Of a DNA stretch of 64,000 bases, positions 43,251 through 58,876 are shown in pieces (position 1 is the stretch's first letter; each line of letters starts with the position of its first letter). Source of the stretch: the human T2T-CHM13v2.0 reference genome, Homo sapiens; the NCBI RefSeq assembly GCF_009914755.1, contig NC_060940.1, one strand, 5' to 3'. The notes under the pieces were generated by a model that worked only from the letters and a program-made list of their open reading frames with translations, searched no databases and was not told the DNA's origin. The translations under genes were made by a program, and so were the position numbers.

Positions 43251-44584
43251 TTCTCATTTCCGAATCTGTTTGGAAATGGTCATTGTACATAAAGAATTTA
43301 AAGGGAAAAGGAAAATTGCCACTGTCATATTTCAGCGTTTGAACGCTAAAAGTTCTCTGGGGCCTGGTTGCGTTTGATGTGGGAACAAAGCTAGGGTGGG
43401 GACGGGATGGGGCTGGCACTGAGCCACCTACATTGACTCTGGAGACAGCATAAAGTTTTCCTTGTGTTTCTGAGTAGTAGTAACTTATTCTGTTATTCTG
43501 CCTGGAGGCAAAAAGACCTTTGGCTGTCAGGTACTAATCTAGTCTCACAATTAGATGCCCTGTCTGTGGTGAGAGTGAAGGCCACAGCCCCCAGTGGCAG
43601 ACATATCCAGGGGGAATTCAAGGTCTGAAGCTGAAACATGACTCAGAACCCCCAAACTGACATAACTCACCATTGGATGATTCTTTTGGTATGCTATGGA
43701 TTGGTTGTGGTGAAGGACTAATTGGTTTTCTTTTTTTTCCAAATGTATTGTGGACCAATGTTTTGGGGAATACATTAGAAAAATATTACTTGAAAAAAAG
43801 TGAAATAGAAAACAGGGTCACAGAAAACATTAGTCCAAAATTGTATGATGGATTTAGCAACCAAGAAATTATTCTGGCAAAATGCCAAAGTAAGTTCTCA
43901 ATGCTTACTTTCAGTTTCTGTAGTTATGGTGTTGCAGATGGATTACAAACTCATGGATCACACTGGTCCATGGACCAGAGTTTGGGTGGCTCTGAAATAG
44001 TCCAGAATCTCACAGCCATTGTACCCACCAGGTGGTTAGTTAGATAATGTTTCCCCTTAGTGCTCAGGGTGGCTGGGTATGACCTGGAACAGCCAGAGTA
44101 CCCCAGAGCCAGTTGCCTTGGGTCACAGGAGCTTCTAGCTTTCATCACAGTGAGCCACACAGATGTTAATACTTGTCTATGTAGAAAAGGTTAGGAAGCA
44201 CCAGAGACCAGTGGGTTTTACATTTTAGTGAGCACAACAATTAGAAAGATGGGTAGGGAGAACTTGGGGGAAAAAAAAAAAGCGTGTTTCTGAACTGCAA
44301 CCTCCAAGAGTCTAAGCCAGGAATCTGCATTTTCATCAATACCCTAGTAACACCATCAATACCCTAGTAACACCATAGTTGACTCCAATGGGTGTGTTCC
44401 AAGGGCTTCATTTTCAGAACTACTTCTGTAGACATAGTGGAGTTAGGTCAGTGGTGGGGATTTTCTAAGTGTACACATTTATTTATTTCTACAAGTTACA
44501 TTTAAGACCAGGAATTAAACTGAGGTTTGCTTCTGTCAGGGTTCTTAGCTTCAGCAACAGAAACTGGTTAATTTAAACACTGAG

Positions 44585-44725
44585 AGGCTGGATGAATTGG
44601 CTCTCGCTGGCAATCCCAGCACTTTGGGAGGGCAAGGTGGGAGGATTGCTTGAGGCCAAGTGTTCAAGACCAGCCTGGGCAACATAGTGAGACTGAGTCT
44701 GTACAAAAAAATAAAAATAAAAAAG
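44585..44725 (+). mobile_element. Alu monomer (FLAM/AluJ left arm)
   Basis: AATCCCAGCACTTTGGGAGG...GACCAGCCTGGGCAACATAGTGAGAC. Confidence 0.85.
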
Positions 44726-45889
44726 TAGCCTTGTGTGGTGGTGCATTTGAACGGGGCTCTGCCTCCTTCACACTCCCAGCTCAGCTCAGTTGCATGTGTC
44801 AGAGAGTTGCTAGGGAGACTCATCAGGTGCCATCTGCCCTCAGCAGAACCCTGGGATGTTTTCAGAAGAAAAGGGAGGGAGAAGGTATTGGCCTTTTACT
44901 GCACACTTTCCAGGACTCCAGCTGAGCACAGTACACCCATTATCTCAACACATTCCTCCAAGAACTCTGTCTAGTGTTTCTGTTTTCCCCATTTTACAGA
45001 GGAGAAAACTGAGACTCATGAGCAATTTCCTTGAAGTCATGAAGCCTTGGAGTTGCTTGATGCCTAAAACCAGGTCTCATGACATTTTTACAAGAAAATA
45101 AAAACTACATGATAACAAAAAAAGGCTTCAAGTTTTAGGAAGCCCAGGTGCAGAAGGATTTGGGGCAGGACTTTGGAGTTCCCAGCAGTGACCTGATCTG
45201 GGTCCCTGTTTTGGTTTAAGATGTTAGGAAGATACAGTATGAGGGTGCAGACTCATTAAAATCTCAGGAGCTGCAGTTGCTTTGTATTTTTTTAAATGGG
45301 TGGTCTTTAAATGCCTTTGATTTAGAACTGATGAAACTGATGGAGAGCTTAGAGCAAAGCTAACTCCACCCCAGTGAATGAAACTGTCTCTGAACCTCTG
45401 ATTCTGGATGAGTTCATGACTGATGCCAGCCGCCAGTCTGTGTGACCCCTATCCTGCAATCCTGCTTTTAGTATGATTCAGTAGTTAGGATATGCAGAAA
45501 CCTCTGTGTCTTCTTTTTACCCCAATGAGTATGGTTGAAAAGTAGTATGAATATAGGAGAAAGGGGCAGGATTTGGGAAAAGAATGCCTGAGTTAAAACT
45601 CTTATTCTGTTTGTTAGCAGCGGGATTTTGCCCAAATTTCTTAATCTGGTAGAGCTTCACTTTCCTCCTATGTTGTAAACTGAGTGGCTTTATCTGGGTA
45701 GTCACCAGCTGGGCGGGGGTGGTGGCCAGAGGCCACCAGACTGTCAGCCCCACATGGGCAGGACATGTGGTAGGCATTCGAGAAATATTTATCAAATGGG
45801 TGAATCCAGAGAGTGAAGGGATGCTACGGTCCATCTGTGCACACTTTAACATGCTGACAGATGCTAGCAGCCTTGGATTCTTACCACAG

Positions 45890-46050
45890 AGCAGTATCTC
45901 AGACTTTAGTGCATTCACAGATAACCTGGAGAACTTGTTAGAATGAAGATTCTGAATTGCAAGGTCAAGGGTGGGGCCCGAGATTCTGAATTCCTTAATG
46001 AGCTCTGGGGTGCTGCTGTGGCTGTGGATCACGGACCACTCTTTGTGTAG
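45890..46050. mobile_element. MER5A-like DNA transposon
   Basis: CCTGGAGAACTTGTTAGAATGAAGATTCTGA...GGGTGGGGCCCGAGATTCTG...GACCACTCTTTG. Confidence 0.65.
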
Positions 46051-46610
46051 TGAGAGTATAAATGAGTGGCCAGTGAGTCCACAAGTACATGTGTGGTTGA
46101 GTGGGATAGGGCAGGGGTCACCTTGACTAGTGATTTTCCAGTAGGAGCATGACTCAGTTCTCCAGCCCATCCTGTGTCAAGAAACATCCCCAGTCTGACA
46201 ACACAGGACTGTCAGCGAAGAAAGAGCACACTCTCTGTTTCCCCTGCAGCAGTGAGGGCAGCCTGGCCATGCTACTTCTTGTTTGCCATATTTGGTGAAC
46301 ATGATGGCTGTGGCTGTCTGTTACTGTGAGTCACCAGCCCGTGGCACCAGCATTAATTGCCATGAATACTTGTTAGAGATGGTGGGTGTCCAGTACCAGG
46401 CATATGGTTGGTATGTGATAGGCACTCAAGAAACAATAGCTGCTGTGATGAGGATGATGATGGTGATGATGATTATTTTATGAAGTCCTTTCACATCTCA
46501 TTTAGTGTTCTCAGGAACACAATGACATGGGTAATAATTGTGCAGTGTTTGTTTATCTCTGGATCCTGGATATACCAGGCTTGTTCCCACCTCCACACCT
46601 TTGCTGGGAG

Positions 46611-46825
46611 CAATGGTTTTCAGATGGGAGCAACTTCCATCCCCAGGGACATTTCGCAATATCTGAAGACATTTTGGGTTGTCATGACTGAGGGGTGCTA
46701 CTGGCACCTAGTGGGTGGAGACCAGGGAGGCTGCTGAACACCCTACACTGCACAGGACAGCCCCCCCTCCAAAGCAAAGAATTAGGCCACAAATGTTAAC
46801 AGTGCCGAGAGTGAGAAACCCTGGC
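46611..46825 (-). mobile_element. MER20 DNA transposon
   Basis: CCCCAGGGACATTT...CTGAAGACATTTTGGGTTGTCA...GTGCTACTGGCA...AGTGCCGAG...TGAGAAACCCTG. Confidence 0.85.
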
Positions 46826-47565
46826 TTAGATGGTTCTTCCTATAGAGATTACTTCCCCAATTCTACCGTCGAATATTCTATAAGCTTGCTAAACTGACTT
46901 TGGAGTGAACACGTGTTATGATGTTGTCTTAATTTTTAAAGCCTAGAGTCTCTTAGTGGTACAAGTTTAAACTAGAGGCCTGCAGAGGCTTCCTCACTGT
47001 CCCCTCACCCTATACCCCCCACCCCCAACTTTTACAGTAGGGACATGAGAGGGACAATTTCATATTCCCATTTAAGATGTGAATGGAGGGTTGGAGAAAG
47101 GAGCCTCAGTGGGTATATGCTTGTGTCATCAATTTCAGAACTAGACCACAGTTCTTTGTTCGCTATCTACCCTCCCTAACCAAGACCAGCAAGGGATGCC
47201 AGCCCAAACAAGGAGGCAGAACTCTTAGGCCCACCTTGGCTGTAACATCCACAATAGTTTTTGTTTTTTCCAAACACAGCAAAAGGGACTAAAAAAAAAT
47301 TAGCATTGTAAGGAACTAGTTTGGCAAAATAATGCATTTTCCTCTCCAAAAAATAAAGAAGGACTGATGAGGTATGGCCTCCCTCTAGGAATTTAATATG
47401 GAATGGATCTTGACAGCACATGGGTTTTTGCACCACCTTCCTGAGAGCCAGGAGCTGCTACAAAACCTCCAGCAGCATTCCCCATTCCACACAATGCACA
47501 GGAATAAAATGCAATGATCCTTACAGGTGGCCTGGCTAGTACCGGTGAGCCTGGGAAAAAGGTGG

Positions 47566-47871
47566 TTTGTTTGTTTGTTTGTTTGTTTTTTGAGACGGAG
47601 TCTCGCTCTGTTGCCCAGGCTGGAGTGCAGTGGCGCAATCTCAGCTCACTGCAACCTCTGCTTCCCAGGTTCAAGAATTCTCCTGTCTCTGCCTCCTGAG
47701 TAGCTGGAATCAGAGGGACCGCCACCACACCCGGCTAATTTTTGTATTTTTAGTAGAGATGGGGTTTCACCATGTTGGCCAGGCTAGTCTCGAACTCCTG
47801 ATCTCAAGTGATCCACCCACCTTGGCCTCCCAAAGTGTTCCGATTACAGACATGAGCCACCTTGCCTGGCT
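47566..47871 (-). mobile_element. Alu (AluS-like) with (TTTG)n tail
   Basis: Reverse-complement Alu consensus. Confidence 0.95.
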
Positions 47872-48899
47872 GGGAAAATCTTTTGAACAACATAAGGAAA
47901 TGTCTATTGGGAAGTGGAGTGCAGATGGCAGGCAGGGAGCACGTTGCCTCCTGGAAATGGTTCTTTTGCTGCGAGCTCATGCAGGAGATGTTTGTCAGAG
48001 AGGGGTAGATGGCCCACAAAGGGAGGAGCCTCAATTCTGTCTCCAGCAGCCTTTTATTGCTAGTGATAGGTGCCATCAGTGTCTGGCCTGAGGAATGGTC
48101 GTGCTCGCAGGCACCTCTGTCAAGTATCCTATTGATCTGTGCTTCCTCTTCCCTGGAACAAAGGAAGAGTAGTAAAAAAGTCAGGCACTGCTGGCTGGGG
48201 AGGGTGGTGGTGTGGGCTCCCTGGGGTGAGCTTGTGCTTGGTCATCCTCACAGCTGCCCTCCCTCCAGAACCGCAGATCCTCACCATACTGGTCCCCACA
48301 GACATAAGCCCAGCTCACAGTGACCTCTCAGAAAGATGCATGCCTTTTCTGATGTTTCTTTCTCATTGAAGTGGTGGTGGTGATTCATTTTTCTACCATT
48401 GGTGCATTAGATATCTGTTAAATAGGATTGAAAGCAATTAATCTGGAGCAGAACACCTGAATATCCCATTCGTAAATAATTGTTTTTCTTGGTGCCCCAG
48501 CAGTGGTGTGTGAGGGAAGATTTACAAGCCTAAAGCCTATAGGCCAAACTCGTAGAAAAAAAGTGTGGACCCAATCCTCTGACTGTACATATGAGATTAA
48601 ATGGCCATGATTCATATATTGCCATAAGCACCCAGGGGACATTTTTATGGCATGTTCATAAGAGTTTATAATGTAGAAGAGACAAGATCCACCACTAGCC
48701 CCCACCAGGGCATAAAACCCATCTTCCAAATAAAAACACAAAGGCACTTTAGCAAAAGTTCTGTTGCGTGGCTGTTAAAATGGCAGAGAAAAGTCTGTTG
48801 AGCATAGGGCAGGCTGAAATTAGTGTCCGAATGTGTAAGTGTGTGTTTGGAAGGAAGGGCATCTCTGGAGCAATATTGCTAAGTTATGGCTGCATGGCT

Positions 48900-49110
48900 A
48901 AGGACCCTGCCAAACCTGGGGGTGAGTCATGGCTCTATTACCTGCTAGCCATGTGACCTTGGGCAGGTCATTCAAGTACTCTATGCATCAGTTTATTAAT
49001 GAACAGAATAGTACCTGACCTCCTAATGTTCTTGCAAGGATTCCATGAACTCGTGTTTACAAAATATTAAACCTGTCCCTGGAGCATAATAATAGCTCCA
49101 TAAACGTTAG
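48900..49110 (+). mobile_element. MIR SINE
   Basis: CTAGCCATGTGACCTTGGGCAGGTCA...CTCTATGCATCAGTTT. Confidence 0.65.
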
Positions 49111-50371
49111 AGAGGAGAAAGACATGCTGTTGATGATGATGGTGGTAGTGAGGTTGATGGCAATGATCCCTGGTGTCTGGAATGTATCAACTTACAAAGT
49201 ACAGCCACGTGCCTCAGTCATCTGACTCGTTCCTCTGTCAGTTAAGGAACAGGTTCAACCACTTCGAAACATGCTTGATGGTGCAGACAGCCAGGTAGAG
49301 CAGTTGTAGGACATGTCCCTGGGACAGTCACTTGTCCACTGGAGCTGGTCTCGGATCTCTGCCCTCAAGCCCCTGTTCCCTCAGTGCCCTGACTCCCTCG
49401 TGCTGCCCATTGGCTGTGTGTCCAGAGACTGTAAAGTGATTTTAACATCAGGACTAGCACACCATGGTTAAGAAGGAGAACTTGCTGCCAGCATTGCCAC
49501 TCAACATTTTTGTTTGTTTGGATTTGGCTTTTGGAGGGTCTGTGCCTCCATGCTGTTGTGTTCATCACATGTTGCCAATTTGTGGTGAATGTGGCAAGCG
49601 TGAGACTCCAAGCAGCCAAAGTTAAGTGTAGAGGGGAAGTTTGCCAATTCAGCAACTGGGATACTGTGTACCCTTTTTGGTCAATCAAAACCTTGTGTTG
49701 AACTAAGATCATCCCTTCATGGGGGCCATCTGAATCTGTACTCATCTCAATAGCTAACGTGTATGGAGCCCGGCTTTACAAGAGTGATTTCAGTGAAGCT
49801 TTGCCACAGCCTTATAAAGAAGACCCTTTCATCTGCCAGCATTCTTGGCTGCAAGCAACAGAAGCTGACTTGCTTTCTCAAAATGAGAGAGTTTATTGGA
49901 AGGAGGTCGTCAGAAGCTGGAGCACAAGGTTGTGAAAAGGAAGGGGGATTCATGGAACCCCAGAGAATCAGGAAGGCTGTTCCATGTGAAACCTCTGTTA
50001 CTACAATCAACAAAATTTCCAGTCATCTCCACGGCCTGGAGTCCCTCAGTTGGGATTTGCTGAGCTTACTTCAAGACCTGCCATTTGGCTGGGCCAAAGC
50101 AGGAAAAAGAGATCTTGTCTGTTAAACAACAAGAGAACTTAGCAGGCTCTATCTTTCTCCAAGACTATATATCATTGGGGGAGCTCCCCAAAAAGTTTTG
50201 AAGGTGGGGGACTGGATTCCAGATAGTCCAAATTGACCAATCACCACCACAGTAACATTAATGTCCCTATTTACAGATTAATACACTGATGCTCAGAAGA
50301 GTTGGGTAAATTGCTCAATTTCATACCAGCAGCAAGTGGCAGAGCTGAGATTTTCACTCAAAATTGTTGCT

Positions 50372-50545
50372 CTTTTTTTTTTTTTTTTTTTTTTTTTCCA
50401 CAGAGTCTTGCTCTATTGCCCAGGCTGGAGTGCAGTGGCATGAGCATAGCTCACTGCAGACTTGAACTCCTGGGCTCAGGCGATCCACTCCCGCCTTGGT
50501 CCCCCAAAGTGCTGAGATTATAGGCATGAGCTCCTGCACCTGGCC
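50372..50545 (-). mobile_element. Alu monomer (FLAM/FRAM-like)
   Basis: T-tail plus single-arm Alu sequence. Confidence 0.85.
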
Positions 50546-52331
50546 ACTGCTCTTCCTTTAATTAGAGAATGCATTGGTTAGGATGAGTTCAGCTGGCAGT
50601 AATAGGATGCACTACTCAAACGGACCTAACAGCATGGACATTTATTTGCTCCCACACTCAGAATTAATCCAGGGCCTTCATCATGACATCAGGGACTTGT
50701 AGCTGCTTCTTCTGAAGGCTGGGTCCCCTCACGGCTTCAGGGTGGCAGCCACAGGCATCAGAGCTCTTTGCTTCCCTGTTCACATCATGTTGGGGGAAGT
50801 GAGAGTGGACTTTCATACTCTCTGTCTCTCTCTTAAGTGCATGAAATACCTTTCTCAGAAGCCTCTGGCAAACCTCTCTTTAAGTCTTATTGGCTGGAAT
50901 TGGATCACACGTCCACTACTAAACCACTTGCTGAGAGTGATTAACCTCAGACCTACCACAGGAGCTGGATTCAAACCCCAAACTACATGGCCTTTGCAAG
51001 GTGACAGGGTGGTTTAGCTGTTGGGGAGTTGACCATGGTCCACTACGAAGAATAACAATGTATATGTTTAACTCGTCTTTTATATAGAACAAGGACCCAG
51101 GCCAGTCAATATATTTACCATACTGATACCTGTGGTCAAGTTTAACTCTTTCTCTAGCTAGTAAATGCTTTACCTCATAGCAGTAGTATAAACAGAATGA
51201 ACATAAATTATTTCTTCATTGTTCTTCCCAGCCTGGACTTTAACATCTCACTGATCTATGGCCAAAAGACATCTATTACAGACACCTTGCTCTGGAGCTT
51301 GGCTAACCACCTTCCATTATCATTAAGGCTCATGTTATTTTCTGATGTTTTTAAACATAGTTTGTGACTTGACTTCCTTCTAATATAATGATGGCACCAT
51401 CTATGGGTGACTCTCGGTTTGAGGTAGGGGCAAGGGTTGGATAGAGAAGAAACTCCCCCAAAGGTGTGATACTTTGTAAGCATAGCGACTTCCCAGAGCA
51501 GTATTGCAGCATTCAGAGGCCATGGGTTGCAAGTAACAGAAACTCAAGTTGAGCCAGTTTATGGAAGAGGGAGACTAAAGAGGAAGACTTTTCTGGAATA
51601 TCCCAGAAAAGATGCAACAGGACCTAATGGAATGAGGGGTTCAAATGGGATCAGGACAAGTGATCTTTTTTTCTGCTTCCCGCTGGGCATCTGCTCATCC
51701 TATCCACTTGCACACTGGCTTCTTCCATTTCTGACACCCTCATGGAAGGAAATGTGGCTACCAAGAACACTTCACGCCTTGCTTGAAGGTACTGGAGGCT
51801 TTCTTTTATTTTAATTTCAAGGATTCCTGAAAGATCTCTTTTTGGCTCAAAGTGACAGGTGCCAACCCCTGAGGCTGTGGTCAAGAGTCAGGTTGGACTT
51901 GCAGGGTGATTCCCCTGATGACCATGTAGAAGATGGGAGATGGGGAGTGATGGGACAATTCCTGGAAAAGAAGTCCTGGGAGGACAGTCCCATAGGCTGC
52001 ATCATAATCATCTAGTGCCATTGAGGGGAGCAGGTGGCAGGAGAAAAAGAAGGGAATTCCCCTTGTGTGATTCTGTAGACTTGGCTGTGCCTGCAGTTTT
52101 CCAAGGCAACTAGAGAGCTCTGTCTTCTCACCACTTCTTCTGGAGGATTCCCTGAGGAAGCTGCTGGATCTTTCAGAAGGTGGTGATGAACAGAGCTGGG
52201 CGAATGGGCATGGCATAGTCCATGCCCTTATGAAGACCAAAGGCTGGCTGGGGAGAGAGATGTGTGCTCAACTCAGGGCCTTCACTGGGCTTCCAGAGGT
52301 CCTCTGCTGCCACACTCACTGTATATGGTGA

Positions 52332-52745
<414 letters not shown>

Positions 52746-52915
52746 TGAATAAATTCTTTCCCATGCAAGGCCAAAGAGAGACACAAGCTGGTGGTTTTGA
52801 GGAGGAGAGGTTGGTTCTTTCCAACTGGTGGACTGGGGCAAGTATCACATATGTAACACCCACTGAGCTGTGCATGAGTGGTCTGCAGAAATGCAGTAGA
52901 TGGGAAGAGGAGGGG

Positions 52916-53416
52916 TGATGCATGAAAGGCAAGCCCCAAATTGGGGCTTAGCCTGAGAGGGTTCTTGGCTTTGCCCAGGAAAGAATTCAAGGGTGAGATG
53001 GTGGTAAGGTAGAAGAAAACAGCTTTACTGAAGTGTCAGTGTTGCAGTTCTGACAGTGATGCAGCTCTGTGACTGCTCCTGCAGAGCAGGGCTACCCCAT
53101 AGGCAGTGTGCTGAGAGCTGCAGCTCAGGGCAGGTGTGCAGTCATAGTTATATCTACTTTTAATTGCATGCAGATTAAGAGGTGTTTTTTTGCGGACATT
53201 TCTAGGAAAAGGGTAGTAACTTCTGCACCATCAGGTCATTTCTATGGAGAGGAGTGATAACTCCTGGGTGTTGCCACGCAAAGGTAAACTGATGTGGCAC
53301 ACTGGTGGGCATGTCTTATGGAAAGCTGCTTCTGCCTAGTTCCTATTTTAGCTAGTCCTCAATTTGGTCCAGTGTCTGAGCCCCATCTCTGGTATTGAGT
53401 CCCACCTCCTACCTCA
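52916..53416 (-). mobile_element. ERV1-class solo LTR (~500 bp; MER66-like, subfamily uncertain)
   Basis: TG...CA termini. Minus strand starts TGAGGTAGGAGGTGGGACTC. Contains TTCTTGGCTTTGCCCAGGAAAGAATTCAAGGGTGAG, typical of MER4-group LTRs. Confidence 0.7.
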
Positions 53417-54650
53417 GTGGTGGGGGTCGGTTCTGCCCGGATGGGTTCAGAGCCTCTTGCTGCTTCTGTCCCTGACCTGGGCTCTGACAACCCATATTCT
53501 CTCTAGAACACCATCTAGGTCACAGCAATTAAACCTGAATTGTTCCAAAAAAAAAAAAAAAAACAGCAACTACCTGATGTCCACTATATCTTTCTGGAGT
53601 TCCATGTATTTCCAACTAGACAGAATTTTCCATCTTCATAATAGGCGAGAAGGAGGGGATTGGAAGGGGCCATGGGGAGGAGCATAAGGAGGCTCCATGG
53701 GAGGCAGCCTCTGAGGTTTCAGCCAGCCTTCCACACAGTGCTGCCAGCAACACACCATGTGATCCTGAGCAAGTCCCTTTCCTTCACTAGTTTCCATTCA
53801 TAAAACAAGGAGATAGGATTCAGTCACTCTTGTGGTACTTTGCAGTGCTAACGTTTCATGCTCCTTTCTGTGCCCTACTGGTCATGCCAAGTGTCTAAGA
53901 AGGGCAGTGGTTGGCCTAAGTCACCTAGCAAGTTGGGGAAGGAGGCAGAAAGTGCACCCACTATGAGCAGCAGGAGGGCGTGTTCTGTTCACTCCCAGGA
54001 TAGTCATAGCACCTTGCTAGTGCCTTGCGCACAGTAGGTACTTGATAGATTTACTGAATGAATGCATGCACATTTCTAGACTCCTGAGTTACTGTAGATT
54101 CCAGAAGCTACTGCCTTTCTATTAGGATTCCAGAAATAAGCCCTCAACTTCCCCACCAGGATGGTTTGTTACCAAATGGGGATCTAACACTTTTTTTTAT
54201 AATTGAGGTCAGAACTGGCCAGGAAAGGAGAAGCTGGGATTTATCCCTAATTTCCCATGGGGATCTGGCACCAGTGCAGCTCACAGGAGAAGCAGGGCTA
54301 ACCTGCAGAGGAAACTGTCACATAAACTGTCAACAGGTATGTGTGGCAAACGGGGTGCGTGGGCTTGCATCTTAAGGACTGAATGCGGCTGAGTCCTCTG
54401 GAGGATGCCAGCACCGTGGAGATGCAACCAGGACCTGAAAGCATTGTCAGAGTGGCTGGAGTGCTCCCCAGCACTGAATAGGGAGGCAGGCAGCTTAGAG
54501 TGGAATCCTGGGCTCTATGCCAAAATGCAATCCAATGTTTTTGGAGATTCAGTAGGACAATAAATTAAGGCTGAGGTGAGGCCGTCAACAGGAGAATCTT
54601 GTTTTGTATTCCAGCTAGTTATTCTTTAATCTATTATCACATATATGCAT

Positions 54651-54929
54651 TTAGAGACAGCCCGCTACCCAGGCTGGAGTGCAGTGCCATGATCATAGCT
54701 CACTGTAGCCTTGAGTTCCTGGGCTCAAGCGATCTCGCTGCCTCAGTTTCCCAAGTAGTTGGGACTACAGGTGCCGGACACCACTACCAGATAATTTTAA
54801 ATTATTTTTTCTGTAAAGATGGGGTCTTGCTGTGTTTCCCAGGCTGGTCTTGAACTCTGGGCCTCGAGTGATCTTCCTGCCTCAGCCTCCCTAGGTGCTG
54901 ATTTAGGCATGAACCACCATACCTGGGCC
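54651..54929 (-). mobile_element. Alu (AluJ-like)
   Basis: Diverged reverse-complement Alu. Confidence 0.9.
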
Positions 54930-54980
54930 ATTCATATATTTACTGTTTTATTTATGTTTATGGAAGTCACAAGATTCTCA

Positions 54981-55723
<743 letters not shown>

Positions 55724-55889
55724 TCAGGATCCAGTACACATGAACAGATATATTACTGGAACAAGAGTTTCAAAGAAACAAAACTTGACTGTAATATATG
55801 TGATGCATTCTTAATATAGTGGTTCTCAAAATGGTCTGGGACCAGCAGCCTCAATATCACCTGAGAACTTATTAGAAATGCAGATTCTT

Positions 55890-56173
55890 GGCTGGGCGCC
55901 GTGGCTCATGCCTGTAATCCCAGCACTTTGCGAGGCTGAGGTGGGTGGATCACCTGAGGTCAGGAGTTCGAGAGCATCCTGGTCAACATGACGAAACCCC
56001 GTCTCTACTAAAAATACAAAAAAATTGGCTGGGTGTGGTGGCAGGGGCCTGTAATCCCAGCTACTTGGGAGGCTGAAGCAGGAGAATCACTTGAACCTGG
56101 GTGGCAGAGGTTGCAGCGAACTGAGGTCATGGGCGATAGAGGGAGACTCTGTCTTAAAAAAAAAAAAAAAAAA
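55890..56173 (+). mobile_element. Alu (AluS-like) inserted into a MER5A-like element (~55818-56320)
   Basis: TSD GAAAT(G/T)CAGATTCTT. The host has GTGGTTCTCAAA...GAGAACTACT ends. Confidence 0.93.
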
Positions 56174-56813
56174 GGAAATTCAGATTCTTGGGCTCAACCT
56201 CAGGTAAGCTGCATCAGTCATTCTGTGAGATTTACCAGGCCTTCCAAGTGATTCTGATACATGCTAAGTGATTCTGATACATGTATGATACATACATGCT
56301 ATGTAGTAAGGAGAACTACTACATATCACAGTATAGACTATTATTCTAATCTATTTAATTAAAAAACCGAGCTATTGATTATAAGCCACTACATTTGGGG
56401 TTAGCTTAAAGGCTACCTAAAAAACCTCTGAAGTCCTGCCCAGTTGTTTTCCAGCCTCCCTCTCCAAACTCATCTCAGACCATCTGCCCTTCATAACCTT
56501 GCTCTAGCCAGCTTCAGCCAGACCCACTGCTTTTCTGGTTCTTAAGCCTCCAGCCCTTTCTGCTCCTGAACCTCTGCCTGCAGTGCAGCCCTGCCTGGAG
56601 ACCTCTTCTCCCGGCTCTTGGGTGGATGGCTCTTGCTCAGTGAAGAGTCTTAGCTCAGATGCTTTTCTTCAGAGAGACTGCCCTGGCTAAATTGGCCTCA
56701 GCTGGTATATTTTATTTTCATCATAGCCCTTAGCACAATTGATCATTGTCTGCCTCCAGTTGAATCTCATTTGCATAGAACAATGCGTGGCATGTAGTAG
56801 GTCCTCAGTAAAT

Positions 56814-57122
56814 ACAGTCACACACCACCTAATGACGAACCACATATATGACACTGGTCCCATGTGATTATAGTTCCATATTTTTACTGTACTTTTTCCC
56901 ATTTAGATTTGTTTAGATACATAAGTATTTACCATTGTGTTATAATTGCCTACAGTATTCAGCACAGTAACTTGCTGTATAGGTTTGTAGCCTAAGAACA
57001 TTAGGTACACTACAAATCCTGGCTGTGTAGTAGGCTGTACCATCTAAGTTTGGGTAAGTATACTCTATGATGCATTTCTCAGAACGTATCTCCGTCATTA
57101 AGTGATGCATAACATGACTATA
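56814..57122. mobile_element. Tigger3a/MER7-like DNA transposon
   Basis: TACAGTCA...ATGACTATA inverted ends and CCTACAGTATTCAGCACAGTAAC...AGGTTTGTAGCCTA. Confidence 0.75.
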
Positions 57123-57623
57123 TTTGTCAAAGGAAAAAAATGAATGAATGAGTAATTCTCAACCCAGAATACTCCCCTGATGAGTGTTTTGAATCCACAA
57201 ATCCTTGGTGACCCCTCCTAGTGACATGGCCTTTCCTCCCTCCAGTGAGAAACCCTGCCACTGGAGGGTTTTTCTTCCCTCCAGAAGAAGGAAAGAAATA
57301 TTGAGAATTCCCTCTCCTGGATGCGCCTCTCTAGTCCTCCACCATTCCCTGTGTGCAATGTTTAAATCAGAGAAATGTACCACCTGGGTGCAAGGGAGGG
57401 TTCAACTGCAGCCTGACTGTTTTTGGCCTTGGGTAACTTACTAAGTGCCTTTAGGCCCAGTACAGCAGGGGTCATAAAACCTGCTCAGGCTCCCTTGTCG
57501 AGTTATCAAGGATCACATAGGATAGAGCTTATGAAAATGCCAAGTATTACGAAGAATTCACCAACTTAACACCTAAAGTATTGACCCATAGACCACATTC
57601 ACAGCGCAGAGGCACAACCTTCC

Positions 57624-58004
57624 TGATATGGGTTGGGTGTTTGTCCCTCCAAATCTCATGCTGAAATGTGATCCCCAATGTTGGAAGTGGGTCCTCGTGG
57701 GAGGTGTTTGGGTCTTGTGGGCAGATCCATCATGGTTTGGTACCATAATGCGTGAGTTCTCACTCTGTTAGTTCATGTGAGAGCTGATTGTTTAAAAGAG
57801 CCTGGCACCCTTCCTCTCTCACATGTGATGCCAGCTCCCCTTCCCCTTCTGCCATGAGTGGAAGCTTCCTGAGGCCTTACCAGGAGCAGATGCTAGTGCC
57901 ATGTTTCTTGTACAGCCTGCAGAACCATAAGCCAAATAAACCTTTTCTTTATAAATTACCCAGCTTCAGAAATTCCTTTCTAGCAATGCAGATGGACTGA
58001 GACA
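57624..58004 (+). mobile_element. MaLR LTR (MST-family)
   Basis: TGATATGG...CCAAATCTCATG...TGTACAGCCTGCAGAACCA...AATAAACC...GGACTGAGACA. Near-TSD CTTCC/CCTCC. Confidence 0.85.
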
Positions 58005-58876
58005 CCTCCTAAGGAAGTTGAGAGAGCTTGGGCATGCAAGTCCACAATAGAGCATGCAATCACGAAAAAACCTGCGTGAATTCTAAAATGAGCCCCTGAG
58101 CCATAGGGAATAACAGGGGGCTTTTAGTGACTTGCATAAGGATTTTCACACTGTTTGCAAGTCATTTAGGGCAGGTGGGCATGCATCATGATCCATAATA
58201 CTCTTGTGCTCCCTCTTCCAGCCATCTTTGGCCCCTTTACCTTCACATCTTCCCTGCTGGAACCCAGCCTGGAAAAATGGTGAGTTGAGCTCCCCCTGGG
58301 GGGCTCCCATGGCTGTCCCCTCCTTCCAGAGGCATATATGGGGGTAAATGTGGGCCTGGAGAGATCCTGGAACATCGTGCTGTCTCATGGATGGCAGGCC
58401 TTCAGCGTCACTGAGCGTTCACACCTGAAACCATTAAAGGTTATTCGCCTTTTAATTCTGTATGGTCGCTCTCACTCCTTCCTTAGAGAAACCTCTGATT
58501 TTCATTTGCGAGACGCTCGGCTGAGCTTGTCATACCCTAAAAGGTGATTTCAGTTCTCCGATGCCAAAGAACCTCTTCCGCTAATCAAAACACAGCTGCA
58601 GAGGCCTGTGTGATCTGCTAATGGGCACCCCAACTCTGGGGTATGTCTGTCTGTACCTGGGAAAATAGATATAATTAGGATAACAGATATCATATGTATA
58701 TGCAAATGCAGCAGGTAAAAATGACTAGAAATGGCTGGAGTTTGCCAAATCCCATCAGACCAACTATGTAGCTTAACCAGACGCTAACACCATCACCACC
58801 AGGCCTTCCCCAGTACCAGCCCTGGTGCCCTTGCTTCATCTTCTTTTCTCCACCGTGCTGGAACCCTCATGCAAGT

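Noticed and set aside
45517-46170. 217-aa minus-strand ORF
   Set aside because: Overlaps a MER5A-like repeat, with no domain or exon support.
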